Part shown: one piece after another, positions 10,447 through 18,938 of the stretch
Layout: each line of letters opens with the position of its first letter
Numbering within the stretch: position 1 is the stretch's first letter
DNA from: an uncultured Pseudomonadota bacterium
Lineage (GTDB): Bacteria; Pseudomonadota; Alphaproteobacteria; Rs-D84; CACZYB01
Length of the DNA: 64,000 nt
Direction: 5' to 3'
Assembly (NCBI GenBank): GCA_902785275.1
Contig: CACZYB010000003.1
Span: forward strand, 64,001 to 128,000
The notes under the pieces: model-generated
The model's database searches: none
What the model saw: only the letters and a program-made list of their open reading frames with translations
What the model was told of the DNA's origin: nothing
Program-made: the position numbers and the translations under genes

Positions 10447-11310
10447 TTAATAATTCAAATAAATCTCTGTTCTTCTGTTTATTGCTTCGTTGATTGGCAT
10501 ATTTTCCTCAACAACTTTTTCTGTATCGGCAGCAGCAATTATGAATACCTTATCCTTTGGTACACCAAATTTGATAAGAGCTTCACTTACTTTTTGTGCA
10601 CGAAGCAATGATAAATCAAAATTTTCAATCTTGTTTTGAATTTCCTTCATATCTTTTGAACGGCTTGATGCATTACCAACAACACGAACTATTGCATTCT
10701 TTTCACGAGCAAGCTTTGCAACATTTTTCAATGCTTTCATATCCTTTGCAGAAATATCAGCCTTTGTATTAGAATGATAAACAACTGTACTTAAGAATGT
10801 GATATCTCTTACTGGTTCAACATCCTTTACTTCAAGTTTTCTTTTTTCCTGTGATTTTGAAGCTTCTACATCAGATTTTACAGCTTCAACATTTTGACGT
10901 GGAGCAGGAACGTAAGCAAATCTTCTTGAAGGAGGAATACCACGACGAGCTTCTGCCTGAGCAACAGCCATTTCAAATTCAACATCTTCTATATTTCTTT
11001 CGATATAGTTACCATCAATAAAATCGATTGTTTCACCATTTGTTGCATGTGGCGGAATTATAACTTCAACTTCTTTTCTTTCAGTTAATTCTATTTCGTT
11101 TTCAGCAATATCGATATCGTTTGAAGATTTTGAAAAATCATTTGATGATAATTTCTTTTCTTCAACATCAACAGCAACAGTTTCACTTTTGTAAACAACA
11201 TTTTGATCAACCAAATCATTTGATGATACAGGGATATCATTAACATCTGATGTACATCCGAAAAGTGCAAATACACAAGCAGAAAACAAACCTAAACTTC
11301 TTTTTTTCAT
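10447..11310 (-). CDS. OmpA-family lipoprotein
   Basis: Lipobox LFGC; C-terminal OmpA domain (VVGNAS...NFDLSLLRAQKV...NRRTEI). Confidence 0.85.
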   Translation of the reverse strand: MKKRSLGLFSACVFALFGCTSDVNDIPVSSNDLVDQNVVYKSETVAVDVEEKKLSSNDFSKSSNDIDIAENEIELTERKEVEVIIPPHATNGETIDFIDGNYIERNIEDVEFEMAVAQAEARRGIPPSRRFAYVPAPRQNVEAVKSDVEASKSQEKRKLEVKDVEPVRDITFLSTVVYHSNTKADISAKDMKALKNVAKLAREKNAIVRVVGNASSRSKDMKEIQNKIENFDLSLLRAQKVSEALIKFGVPKDKVFIIAAADTEKVVEENMPINEAINRRTEIYLNY

Positions 11311-11401
11311 TTTCGTTCCTTTGAATATAAATTTTTATTAGGTATATAATAGCCTATTTCATATTACTTTTTCAATAAATTTCTTAAAAAAAAATTAAAT
11401 T

Positions 11402-12085
11402 TTATTTTTTTACGAAATTAAGATATATTGGTTTGCGATTTTCAGCAATAGCCTTTTGTTCGTATCTGGTAGTTTCCCAATCGTTTGGTGGATTAGTAAA
11501 ATCAGCCGATTTAGTAGCAGTCCAATTGAACAAATCTTGATCTTTCATAACAAATAAAACCCACGGGATATAGACAGGATGATCACTGGCTACAAATAAA
11601 TTTCCTGATGATTTCAAATAGTTATGGAATAATTTTATGTTATTTTTATTTATCATACGACGTTCTTCGTTTCTGTTTTTGGGCCATGGATCAGGGTATA
11701 AAACAAAAATTGTATCGAAAACTTCGTTTGGAATAAATGGAAAAAGAAGATTAACATCGTTTGGGAAAATACGAATATTTTTAATATTATTATCAATAAT
11801 TTTCCTTAAAATAGAAGCGTTACCGTTCATAAAAACTTCGGTACCGATAAAGGCGACATCCGGATTTTTAAGTGCCATATTTACGATATGTTCACCGTCA
11901 CCATAGCCTATCTCAAAAATAAATTTTTTGGGTGTAAAATCAAACAATTTTGAAAAATCAATAGTCCCAAATTTTGGTAATACGACCTCAAAATCCTTCA
12001 TACGGGTAGAAAGCAAATCTTCCTTTGCCTTACTCATCCCCTTACCTTTTCTTCGTCCGAAAAAAGTCTTTTTTATATAATCCAT
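11402..12085 (-). CDS. trmB: tRNA (guanine-N7)-methyltransferase
   Basis: FFGRRKG, EIGYGDGEH, LYPDPWPK, ASDH, TRYEQKA. Confidence 0.96.
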   Translation of the reverse strand: MDYIKKTFFGRRKGKGMSKAKEDLLSTRMKDFEVVLPKFGTIDFSKLFDFTPKKFIFEIGYGDGEHIVNMALKNPDVAFIGTEVFMNGNASILRKIIDNNIKNIRIFPNDVNLLFPFIPNEVFDTIFVLYPDPWPKNRNEERRMINKNNIKLFHNYLKSSGNLFVASDHPVYIPWVLFVMKDQDLFNWTATKSADFTNPPNDWETTRYEQKAIAENRKPIYLNFVKK

Positions 12086-12086
12086 T

Positions 12087-12857
12087 TTAAACCTTTAGAT
12101 ACTTTTTTAATATTTCACAATCTTCATCTGTTGCACCATAGTTTTTGGCTTCAATAATACCATTTTCAATATAATGCACATCGCGAATCTGTTTTTTTGT
12201 TGTTTCATAGTTTACATCAAAAATCCATGTTAGAAAACCAACAATCCTGTCGACCGTATTTTTTGTAATTTGATTTGAAACTTGTTCACAATTTTCCAAA
12301 CATTTACGAACATAGTCAGACATAGGCTCCTTTACAATTTTATAGGTTAGCTTTGGATACTCTTCAAATGTAAACTGTTTTATATTTTCAAGTTTATCCG
12401 CATCACGCAAAAGCTTTGCAGTTATATCGGCAACCTTTTTATCATGCTCAGAAAGGTTGGTATAGTATGGATTATCATATCTTATTGCAATTTTATTATG
12501 TTCCTGTATCGCAAAAAGAATTATTGGATTGTTAAATTCAGGAATAGATTTTAACAATTCAACACAAAAATCACCATGATCAAATTCACTGTTAGAAAGG
12601 TGGCGACCATCTTTATGTTGATAAAAACGACCAAGGTCATGAAGAATCGCGGACAATTCAACATTTTCTTTTTCTTCTTTTGTTAAAAAGTTATAAATTT
12701 CTTTTTCACCGTAAAGAATATCCATTATATCATGAGCAACACCAAAACTGTGTTTTAATTTGTGCACATGCCATGCGATGATATCTTCATTTTGACCAAC
12801 AATTTGCTTTGCATAGGCATCACCTATCATCTTTGTCGCTAAATAAATTCTATTCAT
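12087..12857 (-). CDS. HD-domain phosphohydrolase
   Basis: KLKHS, ILHDLGRF, FDHG, EHNK, LLRDADKL metal-ligand motifs. Confidence 0.85.
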   Translation of the reverse strand: MNRIYLATKMIGDAYAKQIVGQNEDIIAWHVHKLKHSFGVAHDIMDILYGEKEIYNFLTKEEKENVELSAILHDLGRFYQHKDGRHLSNSEFDHGDFCVELLKSIPEFNNPIILFAIQEHNKIAIRYDNPYYTNLSEHDKKVADITAKLLRDADKLENIKQFTFEEYPKLTYKIVKEPMSDYVRKCLENCEQVSNQITKNTVDRIVGFLTWIFDVNYETTKKQIRDVHYIENGIIEAKNYGATDEDCEILKKYLKV

Positions 12858-12873
12858 AATATCCTCTATATAC

Positions 12874-14349
12874 TTACTTAATTATAGGCAAAAGTAAAAC
12901 TGTTACTATTATTATAAGTGTTGTAATCTGATTTGTAAGAGGCAAAACTGTATTACGAAGAAGTGGAGTAATAAGAAATGCCTTACCGTCTTGGGTTTCG
13001 AAAACATCAATTCCATTAATAACCAATATAGAAATGAATGCAGTCATAATAATAAGACCTAAAACCAAAGCTCCTAAAAGTTCATAGTTTATGAATGGGA
13101 GTAAATAGTAAAAACATACTGCAAACATAACTATATAAATAAGTGTACGAACCGCAATATATGCATGCTTTGCACTTAGCTGTATATACTTTGCAAGGTT
13201 TATAATTTTAAGGACATTAAACATTATCAAAACAATACTTGTAAACAAACCAATAATGACATTGTTTGATGAAATATTGATATGAATTTGTGTCTTGTAT
13301 ATAAACTCTAGTGTTTCAAAAAAAATATAAAACAATGCAACATTGTTAAGAGTTTTTGCAATGTATTTATATGACTCAGACTGTTTATCAAAAATATTTA
13401 CGTTAGATGTTAGGACAGTTGAACTTATCAAACCAAGTGATGCAACTGTAACCCCAAAGAATCCAGCGGAATTAAGACATGTGAATATCAACACAACCAT
13501 AATTGCAAGGCCAATCAAACTTGAGAAAAAAATGTTTGAAGTTGGGCTTAAAAAACTTAAGGTTGTAAGAGTACCTTTTTTACCTGAAATCTTTCTTCTA
13601 TTTAAATATGTTGAGATTTTTTCTGCAATATACTTTGATAAAATACCAACAGAAATAACCATAAAAAGATTATAACTTAGTGGGTAAAGTACTGTAACAA
13701 AAGCCATAGTTACAAGAGGGAGAATTACCTTAAAAATCTCGTTCACATTAGATTTTGTTTCTTGATCCATTTTGATAAAGAAATATTGGCACAAAAGTGA
13801 AAAGCAAGAAACACTTATAAACAAACTGCTTAAGAAAAATGGTAAGTTTATAAGAGAGAATCTGGATACATCATATCCAAAAAATTTTGAAATATCGACT
13901 ATTGGAATCTGGGATGCTATGATTGCGGAACTTAATGTTATAGTAATAATCATAACATAATTATCGATAATACGTAGGAATAAATTTCTCATAGGATTTA
14001 ATTTTGATTTTGCCTTTATCAAAATGCATGCCATTTTAAAAAGAATATTTACCGAAATTATGCCTAAAAGAATCCACAAAGAATTAAGCACCATATCCAT
14101 TTTGGTGAAGAAAAAATACTTTATTATACCGTATGAAAACAATGTAACAGACGATAGGAAAAAGTTTAATGGTTCGGATATTTTGTATTCCACATCTTCG
14201 GTTATTTCCTTAAAAAACTTAGGGTACTTTATTTTCTTATATACCAACATTAAAAAAATAATAAGAAAAACAAAGAACAAGCTTGCCGAAGAAATTCCCA
14301 TAAAAAGATTTATGAAATCACTCATAAAAATGTCCAAAAAAGAATTCAT
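12874..14349 (-). CDS. Polytopic membrane protein; degenerate homolog of membrane-bound H+/Na+-translocating pyrophosphatase (HppA) lacking catalytic motifs
   Basis: Many hydrophobic helices. Segments AGFFGVTVASLGLISS, INISSNNVIIGLFTS, ELLGALVLGLIIMTAFISILVING and LRNTVLPLTNQITTLIIIVTVLLLPII parallel HppA helices in the same order. No DVGADLVGKVE, DNVGDNVGD, DNAGG, WDNAK or GDTVGDP. GAGG RBS upstream. Confidence 0.7.
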   Translation of the reverse strand: MNSFLDIFMSDFINLFMGISSASLFFVFLIIFLMLVYKKIKYPKFFKEITEDVEYKISEPLNFFLSSVTLFSYGIIKYFFFTKMDMVLNSLWILLGIISVNILFKMACILIKAKSKLNPMRNLFLRIIDNYVMIITITLSSAIIASQIPIVDISKFFGYDVSRFSLINLPFFLSSLFISVSCFSLLCQYFFIKMDQETKSNVNEIFKVILPLVTMAFVTVLYPLSYNLFMVISVGILSKYIAEKISTYLNRRKISGKKGTLTTLSFLSPTSNIFFSSLIGLAIMVVLIFTCLNSAGFFGVTVASLGLISSTVLTSNVNIFDKQSESYKYIAKTLNNVALFYIFFETLEFIYKTQIHINISSNNVIIGLFTSIVLIMFNVLKIINLAKYIQLSAKHAYIAVRTLIYIVMFAVCFYYLLPFINYELLGALVLGLIIMTAFISILVINGIDVFETQDGKAFLITPLLRNTVLPLTNQITTLIIIVTVLLLPIIK

Positions 14350-14490
14350 TTATTTAACCTCTTTTATTTAATTACACCTATATGATATCAAGTTATAAAT
14401 ATTTTGCAAGTCAGCAATTTTTTTCTTTTACTTTGACTTATGTTATTTTTTAAGTTAGTATGAGAAGAATACAAACGAAAGGTTTTTATT

Positions 14491-15891
14491 ATGAATTTAA
14501 AAAGTATAATTATTGCTGGAAAAGAAATTCTTCCATTGGTTGAAGGTGGTAAAGGTGTAAACGTTTCAACCGGACTTACTTCTGGAAGATGGGCAAACTG
14601 TGGTGGTGCCGGAACTTTTTCTGGTGTAAACCCTGATTTTATCGATGAAAATGGGAACTCGATTGCTCCTATTTCATTTAAAGGTAAAAACAGAATCGAA
14701 AGACAAAAAGAGCTTATTGAATATGGTGTGAAAGGTTGTCTTGATCAAGCAAGAATTGCACACGAAGAATCAAAAGGTAATGGTCTTGTATTTATGAATG
14801 TACTTTGGGAACAAGGCGGTTCACAGGAACTTTTGAAATCTGTTCTTGAAAAGGCAAAGGGTACAATTAAGGCTATTTCTTGTGGTGCAGGTATGCCATT
14901 CAAGCTTGCTGATATTTGCTCTGAAAATAATGTTTTTTACAATCCGATTGTATCTTCTGTAAGGGCTTTTCAACTTCTTTGGAAACGTTCATATAGCCGT
15001 TTCAAAGATTGGCTTGGCGCAGTTATTTACGAAGATCCATGGGTTGCAGGTGGGCACAATGGGCTTTCTAATAGCGATAATCCAAATGCTCCAGAAAAAC
15101 CTATTCAAAGACTTCTTGAAATAAGAAAGTTTATGAATGAAGTTGGGCTTAAAAGTGTTCCTATAATTATTGCTGGTGGTATTTGGTGGCTTTCAGAATG
15201 GCTTGATTATATGGATAACGAAGATATTGGACCAGTAGGTTTCCAATTTGGTACAAGGCCTATGGTTACAGTAGAATCTCCTCTTGCTGATACTGTAAAG
15301 AAAAAGCTTCTTAATGTTAAAAAAGGTGATGTTAAACTTCAAAGGTTTTCACCAACAGGGCTTTATTCCTCTGCTGTAAGAAATGATTTCTTGAAAGAAT
15401 TGGAAGACCAGCTTGAACGTCAAATACGCTTCGAAGAAGTAATGAACTTTGAAAAAGGATTTGATGTGGCGGTTGAACTCTCAGCTACTGGAAAAACTGT
15501 TTATGTGAATAATGCCGATAAAGAAAAACTTAAATCCTTTATTGAAAAGGGATATAATAAAGTTATGAAAACACCTGATAATACTTTGATTTTTGTATCT
15601 GAGCCAAGATACAAAGAGATAATAAACGACATGAAAAATTGCGTGGGATGTTTGTCTGCATGTATGTTTTCAGGGTGGTCGCAAAAAGAAGGTTTAAACA
15701 TAAAGCCAGATCCAAGATATTTCTGTATTCAAAAAGGATTACAAGGTATTGCTCATACAAGTGATGTGGAGCATAACTGGCTTTTTGCGGGACAAATTGT
15801 ACAAAGATTTTTCCTTGATCCATTTTATAAAGGTGGTACATTTATCCCAACAATAAGACAGTTGTTTGATCGTATTTTGACTGGTTACTAA
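14491..15891 (+). CDS. Nitronate monooxygenase / 2-nitropropane dioxygenase-like FMN protein (FabK/FabX/UfaA-like) with Fe-S motif
   Basis: EGGKG, GTFSG, CGAGMP, PIVSS, AGGHNG, IIAGG, FQFGTR, SPTG; C-terminal CVGCLSAC...FCI Cys cluster; LFAG. Confidence 0.88.
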   Translation: MNLKSIIIAGKEILPLVEGGKGVNVSTGLTSGRWANCGGAGTFSGVNPDFIDENGNSIAPISFKGKNRIERQKELIEYGVKGCLDQARIAHEESKGNGLVFMNVLWEQGGSQELLKSVLEKAKGTIKAISCGAGMPFKLADICSENNVFYNPIVSSVRAFQLLWKRSYSRFKDWLGAVIYEDPWVAGGHNGLSNSDNPNAPEKPIQRLLEIRKFMNEVGLKSVPIIIAGGIWWLSEWLDYMDNEDIGPVGFQFGTRPMVTVESPLADTVKKKLLNVKKGDVKLQRFSPTGLYSSAVRNDFLKELEDQLERQIRFEEVMNFEKGFDVAVELSATGKTVYVNNADKEKLKSFIEKGYNKVMKTPDNTLIFVSEPRYKEIINDMKNCVGCLSACMFSGWSQKEGLNIKPDPRYFCIQKGLQGIAHTSDVEHNWLFAGQIVQRFFLDPFYKGGTFIPTIRQLFDRILTGY

Positions 15892-15974
15892 TGATGAAAC
15901 TGTCACCCTGAACTTTGTTTGGGGATTCACAGGTTGTAGGCGGTGCCCCTGCCTGTTGGACTTGTGTAATGACA

Positions 15975-16018
15975 CTGGAATCTAGGTAAAACAAAAACAT
16001 ATTTGACCTAGATTCCAG
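15975..16018. repeat. Palindromic (REP/RPE-like) element, 13-bp perfect inverted repeat
   Basis: CTGGAATCTAGGT (15975-15987) and ACCTAGATTCCAG (16006-16018) are exact reverse complements separated by an 18-nt spacer. No poly-T tail follows. Confidence 0.7.
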
Positions 16019-16089
16019 ATAAAGATTTCTTATATTGGTGAAAAAAATCCTTTTATTTTCCGATTTTCATATTTTTTTGTTAAAAATTA

Positions 16090-16118
16090 TTGCCCAAGAC
16101 TCGTTTTTATGATATAAT
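16090..16118 (+). promoter_or_regulatory. Sigma70-type promoter with extended -10 for the small ORF at 16187
   Basis: TTGCCC (16090-16095), 17-nt spacer, TATAAT (16113-16118) preceded by TGn. Confidence 0.7.
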
Positions 16119-16186
16119 GAGGATGTATAACATTAAACGTAAGTTTTTTAACTAACATTGTGTTAAACTGGGAGGTTGGAAAAGAA

Positions 16187-16288
16187 ATGGCAAATAACAA
16201 TTTAAAGTTATTTTCGATACTTTATGTACCAAGTGTTGTTATAATTTCTATTGTTACACTTTGGGCAATCAATTATATTATCGATTAG
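16187..16288 (+). CDS. 33-aa single-pass small membrane protein
   Basis: Not in ORF track. MANNNLKLFSILYVPSVVIISIVTLWAINYIID*. GGAGG at 16171-16175, consensus promoter upstream, terminator downstream, one hydrophobic helix. Confidence 0.7.
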   Translation: MANNNLKLFSILYVPSVVIISIVTLWAINYIID

Positions 16289-16305
16289 TTTTTTGCTTTT
16301 TAAAT

Positions 16306-16336
16306 AAAAAAACTCCCATATTTCAGGGAGTTTTTT
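16306..16336. terminator. Bidirectional intrinsic terminator between the small ORF and gap
   Basis: A-run, CTCCC, ATATTTCA loop, GGGAG, T-run. Confidence 0.8.
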
Positions 16337-16355
16337 CGTTTTTGTAATAAATCAA

Positions 16356-17375
16356 TTATTTGATTGATTTACCAATAGCAACAGCTGTATCTAACATACG
16401 GTTAGAGAAACCCCATTCGTTATCATACCATGAAACGATACGTACGAAGTTGTCACCCATAACTTTTGTTTCTTTCAAATCAAAAGTTGAAGATGCTGGG
16501 TTGTGAATGAAGTCTGATGAAACAAGAGCATCTGTGTTTACACAAAGGATACCCTTATATCTTTCTGTAGCAGCTTCTTTAACAATAGCTTCGTTGATTT
16601 CTTCTGCTGTAACTTTGTCTTTGTTAACAACGAATTTGAAGTCAACCAAAGAAACATCTGGTGTTGGAACACGTGTTGAAGCACCATCAAGTTTACCTGC
16701 CAATTCTGGGATTACAAGACCAATAGCCTTTGCAGCACCAGTTGTTGTAGGAATAATGTTTTGAGCAGCAGAACGTGAACGGTAAAGGTTACCCTTCAAA
16801 TCACGATCCAATGTTACTTGGTCACCAGTATATGAGTGAATTGTTGTCATATAACCGTGTGAAATACCGAAATATCTGTTAAGAACTTCAACAACAGGAG
16901 CCAAGCAGTTTGTTGTGCAAGATGCATTTGAGAATACTCTCATATCTGATGTGATTTTGTCTTGGTTAACACCGTAAACAACAGTCAAATCAGCACCCTT
17001 TGCAGGAGCAGAAACCAAAACTCTTTTTGCACCAGCATCCAAATGAACTTGTGCTTTTTCACGTTCTGTGAAAATACCTGTACATTCAAATACTACATCG
17101 ATATCAAGATCTTTCCATGGATATTCTTTTGGATCACGGATAGCAAACATTTTTGCCTTTTGTGAACCAGCGATAAGCATATCACCTTCCAATTTAGCTT
17201 CTACTGGAAGTCTGCCGTGAACTGTATCATATTTCAAAAGGTGAAGAGAAGATTCAGGACTTGCCAAATCATTGATAGCAACAACTTCAACGTCTTTTCT
17301 ACCACTTTCGATTAATGCACGGAAAGTCATTCTTCCAATACGACCAAAACCATTAATAGCTACTTTTACTGTCAT
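16356..17375 (-). CDS. gap: Type I glyceraldehyde-3-phosphate dehydrogenase
   Basis: INGFGRIGR, ECTG, SNASCTTNCLAP, IIPTTTGAAKA, RVPT, SWYDNEWGFS. Confidence 0.98.
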   Translation of the reverse strand: MTVKVAINGFGRIGRMTFRALIESGRKDVEVVAINDLASPESSLHLLKYDTVHGRLPVEAKLEGDMLIAGSQKAKMFAIRDPKEYPWKDLDIDVVFECTGIFTEREKAQVHLDAGAKRVLVSAPAKGADLTVVYGVNQDKITSDMRVFSNASCTTNCLAPVVEVLNRYFGISHGYMTTIHSYTGDQVTLDRDLKGNLYRSRSAAQNIIPTTTGAAKAIGLVIPELAGKLDGASTRVPTPDVSLVDFKFVVNKDKVTAEEINEAIVKEAATERYKGILCVNTDALVSSDFIHNPASSTFDLKETKVMGDNFVRIVSWYDNEWGFSNRMLDTAVAIGKSIK

Positions 17376-17424
17376 TTTAATAATCCTTTCTTTTTTGTTA
17401 TTATCATTTAAAGTAGATGCAAAA

Positions 17425-17452
17425 ATTATACTATTTTTCTTTTAAAGTGCAA
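17425..17452 (-). promoter_or_regulatory. Sigma70-type promoter of gap
   Basis: Minus strand TTGCAC-N16-TATAAT about 50 nt upstream of the gap ATG. Confidence 0.6.
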
Positions 17453-17508
17453 GAGATTTTATTTGACGAAATTTTCAATGTAGTCCTAGGAAGAATGCAG
17501 CTTTATAC

Positions 17509-17544
17509 AAAGAAAACCCCTCCAACCGAGGGACGTGGAGGGGT
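17509..17544 (-). terminator. Intrinsic terminator after the 17568-18938 gene
   Basis: 9-bp stem ACCCCTCCA (17516-17524) / TGGAGGGGT (17536-17544), followed by a T-rich tail on the minus strand. Confidence 0.75.
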
Positions 17545-17567
17545 GAATAACAAACTACTTTAAAATA

Positions 17568-18938
17568 TTAGTTATTTGTAGTAGTTGTGTCAGTTGTTGT
17601 TGGCAAAGCTGACTCTGAACCATCAGAATATTTGATGTTATCAAGGTCTGTCTTTGTTACGAAATTAACATCAACAAGATTTGTTCTTAATACATCTTCA
17701 CATTCTTTTGCGTCATCGATAACATCGCTAACTTTTGAACCAGCATTGATACCAAGTATTGTTGATGTAGCAGAAGTACCAGCTGTTACACCAGCAAGAA
17801 CTGTTGTAGCTGTATCCATTTTAGTTCTTTTTGCATGATTATCTTCATTTGACTCAGTACCCTTCTCTGCCTCAGTACTCTTCTCTGCATCAGTAGCAGT
17901 ATCCTTTGTGGTTGGTTTTTGCTTATTTGCAAGAATAGATGTTACTGTACCAGCAGCACCAGTTGCTGTACCAACACTTGATACGATACCAGATGCCAAT
18001 GTTAAGTTTTTAACTGTTTCAATGCTACCTTTACTGATTTCACATGCAGCAATAACTTTTGCAGCTTGTTCAGAAATCTTTTGAGCTTTTTGAATTTCTT
18101 CTGTTGCTGGTGTTACGCTATCCAATGCTGATTTAATAATCTTTAAATCTTTAACACGAGAGTTACATTCACCAATTTTATCAAGAACATCACTTGCAGT
18201 AGCAGTTGCAATAAATGAAGTTGTTGCAGAAACACCGGATGTTAATGTTGCACCAGCCATAAGACCAGTTGTTGCAGTCTTCATAACATCAGAGTTAAGA
18301 ATTTTTTGTGTCTTAGTTTTCTTTTCTTTTGCATTATCTTCAAGTTTATCATTATTCTTAAGAATAGATGTTGCAACAGCACCACCAGCAGCAAGTGTAC
18401 CAATACCTGATGAAACTGTTGATGCAGTGTTCAAACCAGAAATTCTTTCCAATGCGCCAGCAATACCTGAACATGATGCAGATACTTCTGTAAGTTGTAA
18501 TGAATATTTTTGAACTAATTCTTTGAATTTTTCAGCTTCTGCTTTTGAAGTATCAGAAACACACTTTACACCATCAAGTTTATAACCTGAAAGGCAAGCG
18601 ATTGCATCACCGTTTGCTTGGTTACATGCAGCAACACCGTCACCACATGATACGCATGATGCAGAACCTGCTGTTGACCATGTACCACTTGCGCATACTA
18701 CGCATGTTGCACCATCAAAGTATGTTCCGTTACCACAATCTGTTTGGGTGATTGAACGTGCATTTGATGTATCTGCACCTTTAGAATTTTTGTAATCTGA
18801 AGCTTGTTGTGGTTTATTCATTTTTGCAGTAGCTGTATATCTTGCTCTTCTTCCGCCACGATTTGCCTCAGCGTTTGAATTTAAAAGTGTAACACCGCAA
18901 ACAAGTGTTAATGTTAAAATGCTAATCCTACTCTTCAT
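17568..18938 (-). CDS. Secreted hypothetical protein with Cys-rich (GCC2_GCC3/furin-like) domain and two tandem Ala/Thr/Gly-rich hydrophobic hairpins
   Basis: Signal peptide ending AEA; CGNGTYFDGATCVVCASGTWSTAGSASCVSCGDGVAACNQANGDAIACLSGYKLDGVKC; visible internal duplication; AAGGAG RBS. Confidence 0.8.
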   Translation of the reverse strand: MKSRISILTLTLVCGVTLLNSNAEANRGGRRARYTATAKMNKPQQASDYKNSKGADTSNARSITQTDCGNGTYFDGATCVVCASGTWSTAGSASCVSCGDGVAACNQANGDAIACLSGYKLDGVKCVSDTSKAEAEKFKELVQKYSLQLTEVSASCSGIAGALERISGLNTASTVSSGIGTLAAGGAVATSILKNNDKLEDNAKEKKTKTQKILNSDVMKTATTGLMAGATLTSGVSATTSFIATATASDVLDKIGECNSRVKDLKIIKSALDSVTPATEEIQKAQKISEQAAKVIAACEISKGSIETVKNLTLASGIVSSVGTATGAAGTVTSILANKQKPTTKDTATDAEKSTEAEKGTESNEDNHAKRTKMDTATTVLAGVTAGTSATSTILGINAGSKVSDVIDDAKECEDVLRTNLVDVNFVTKTDLDNIKYSDGSESALPTTTDTTTTNN

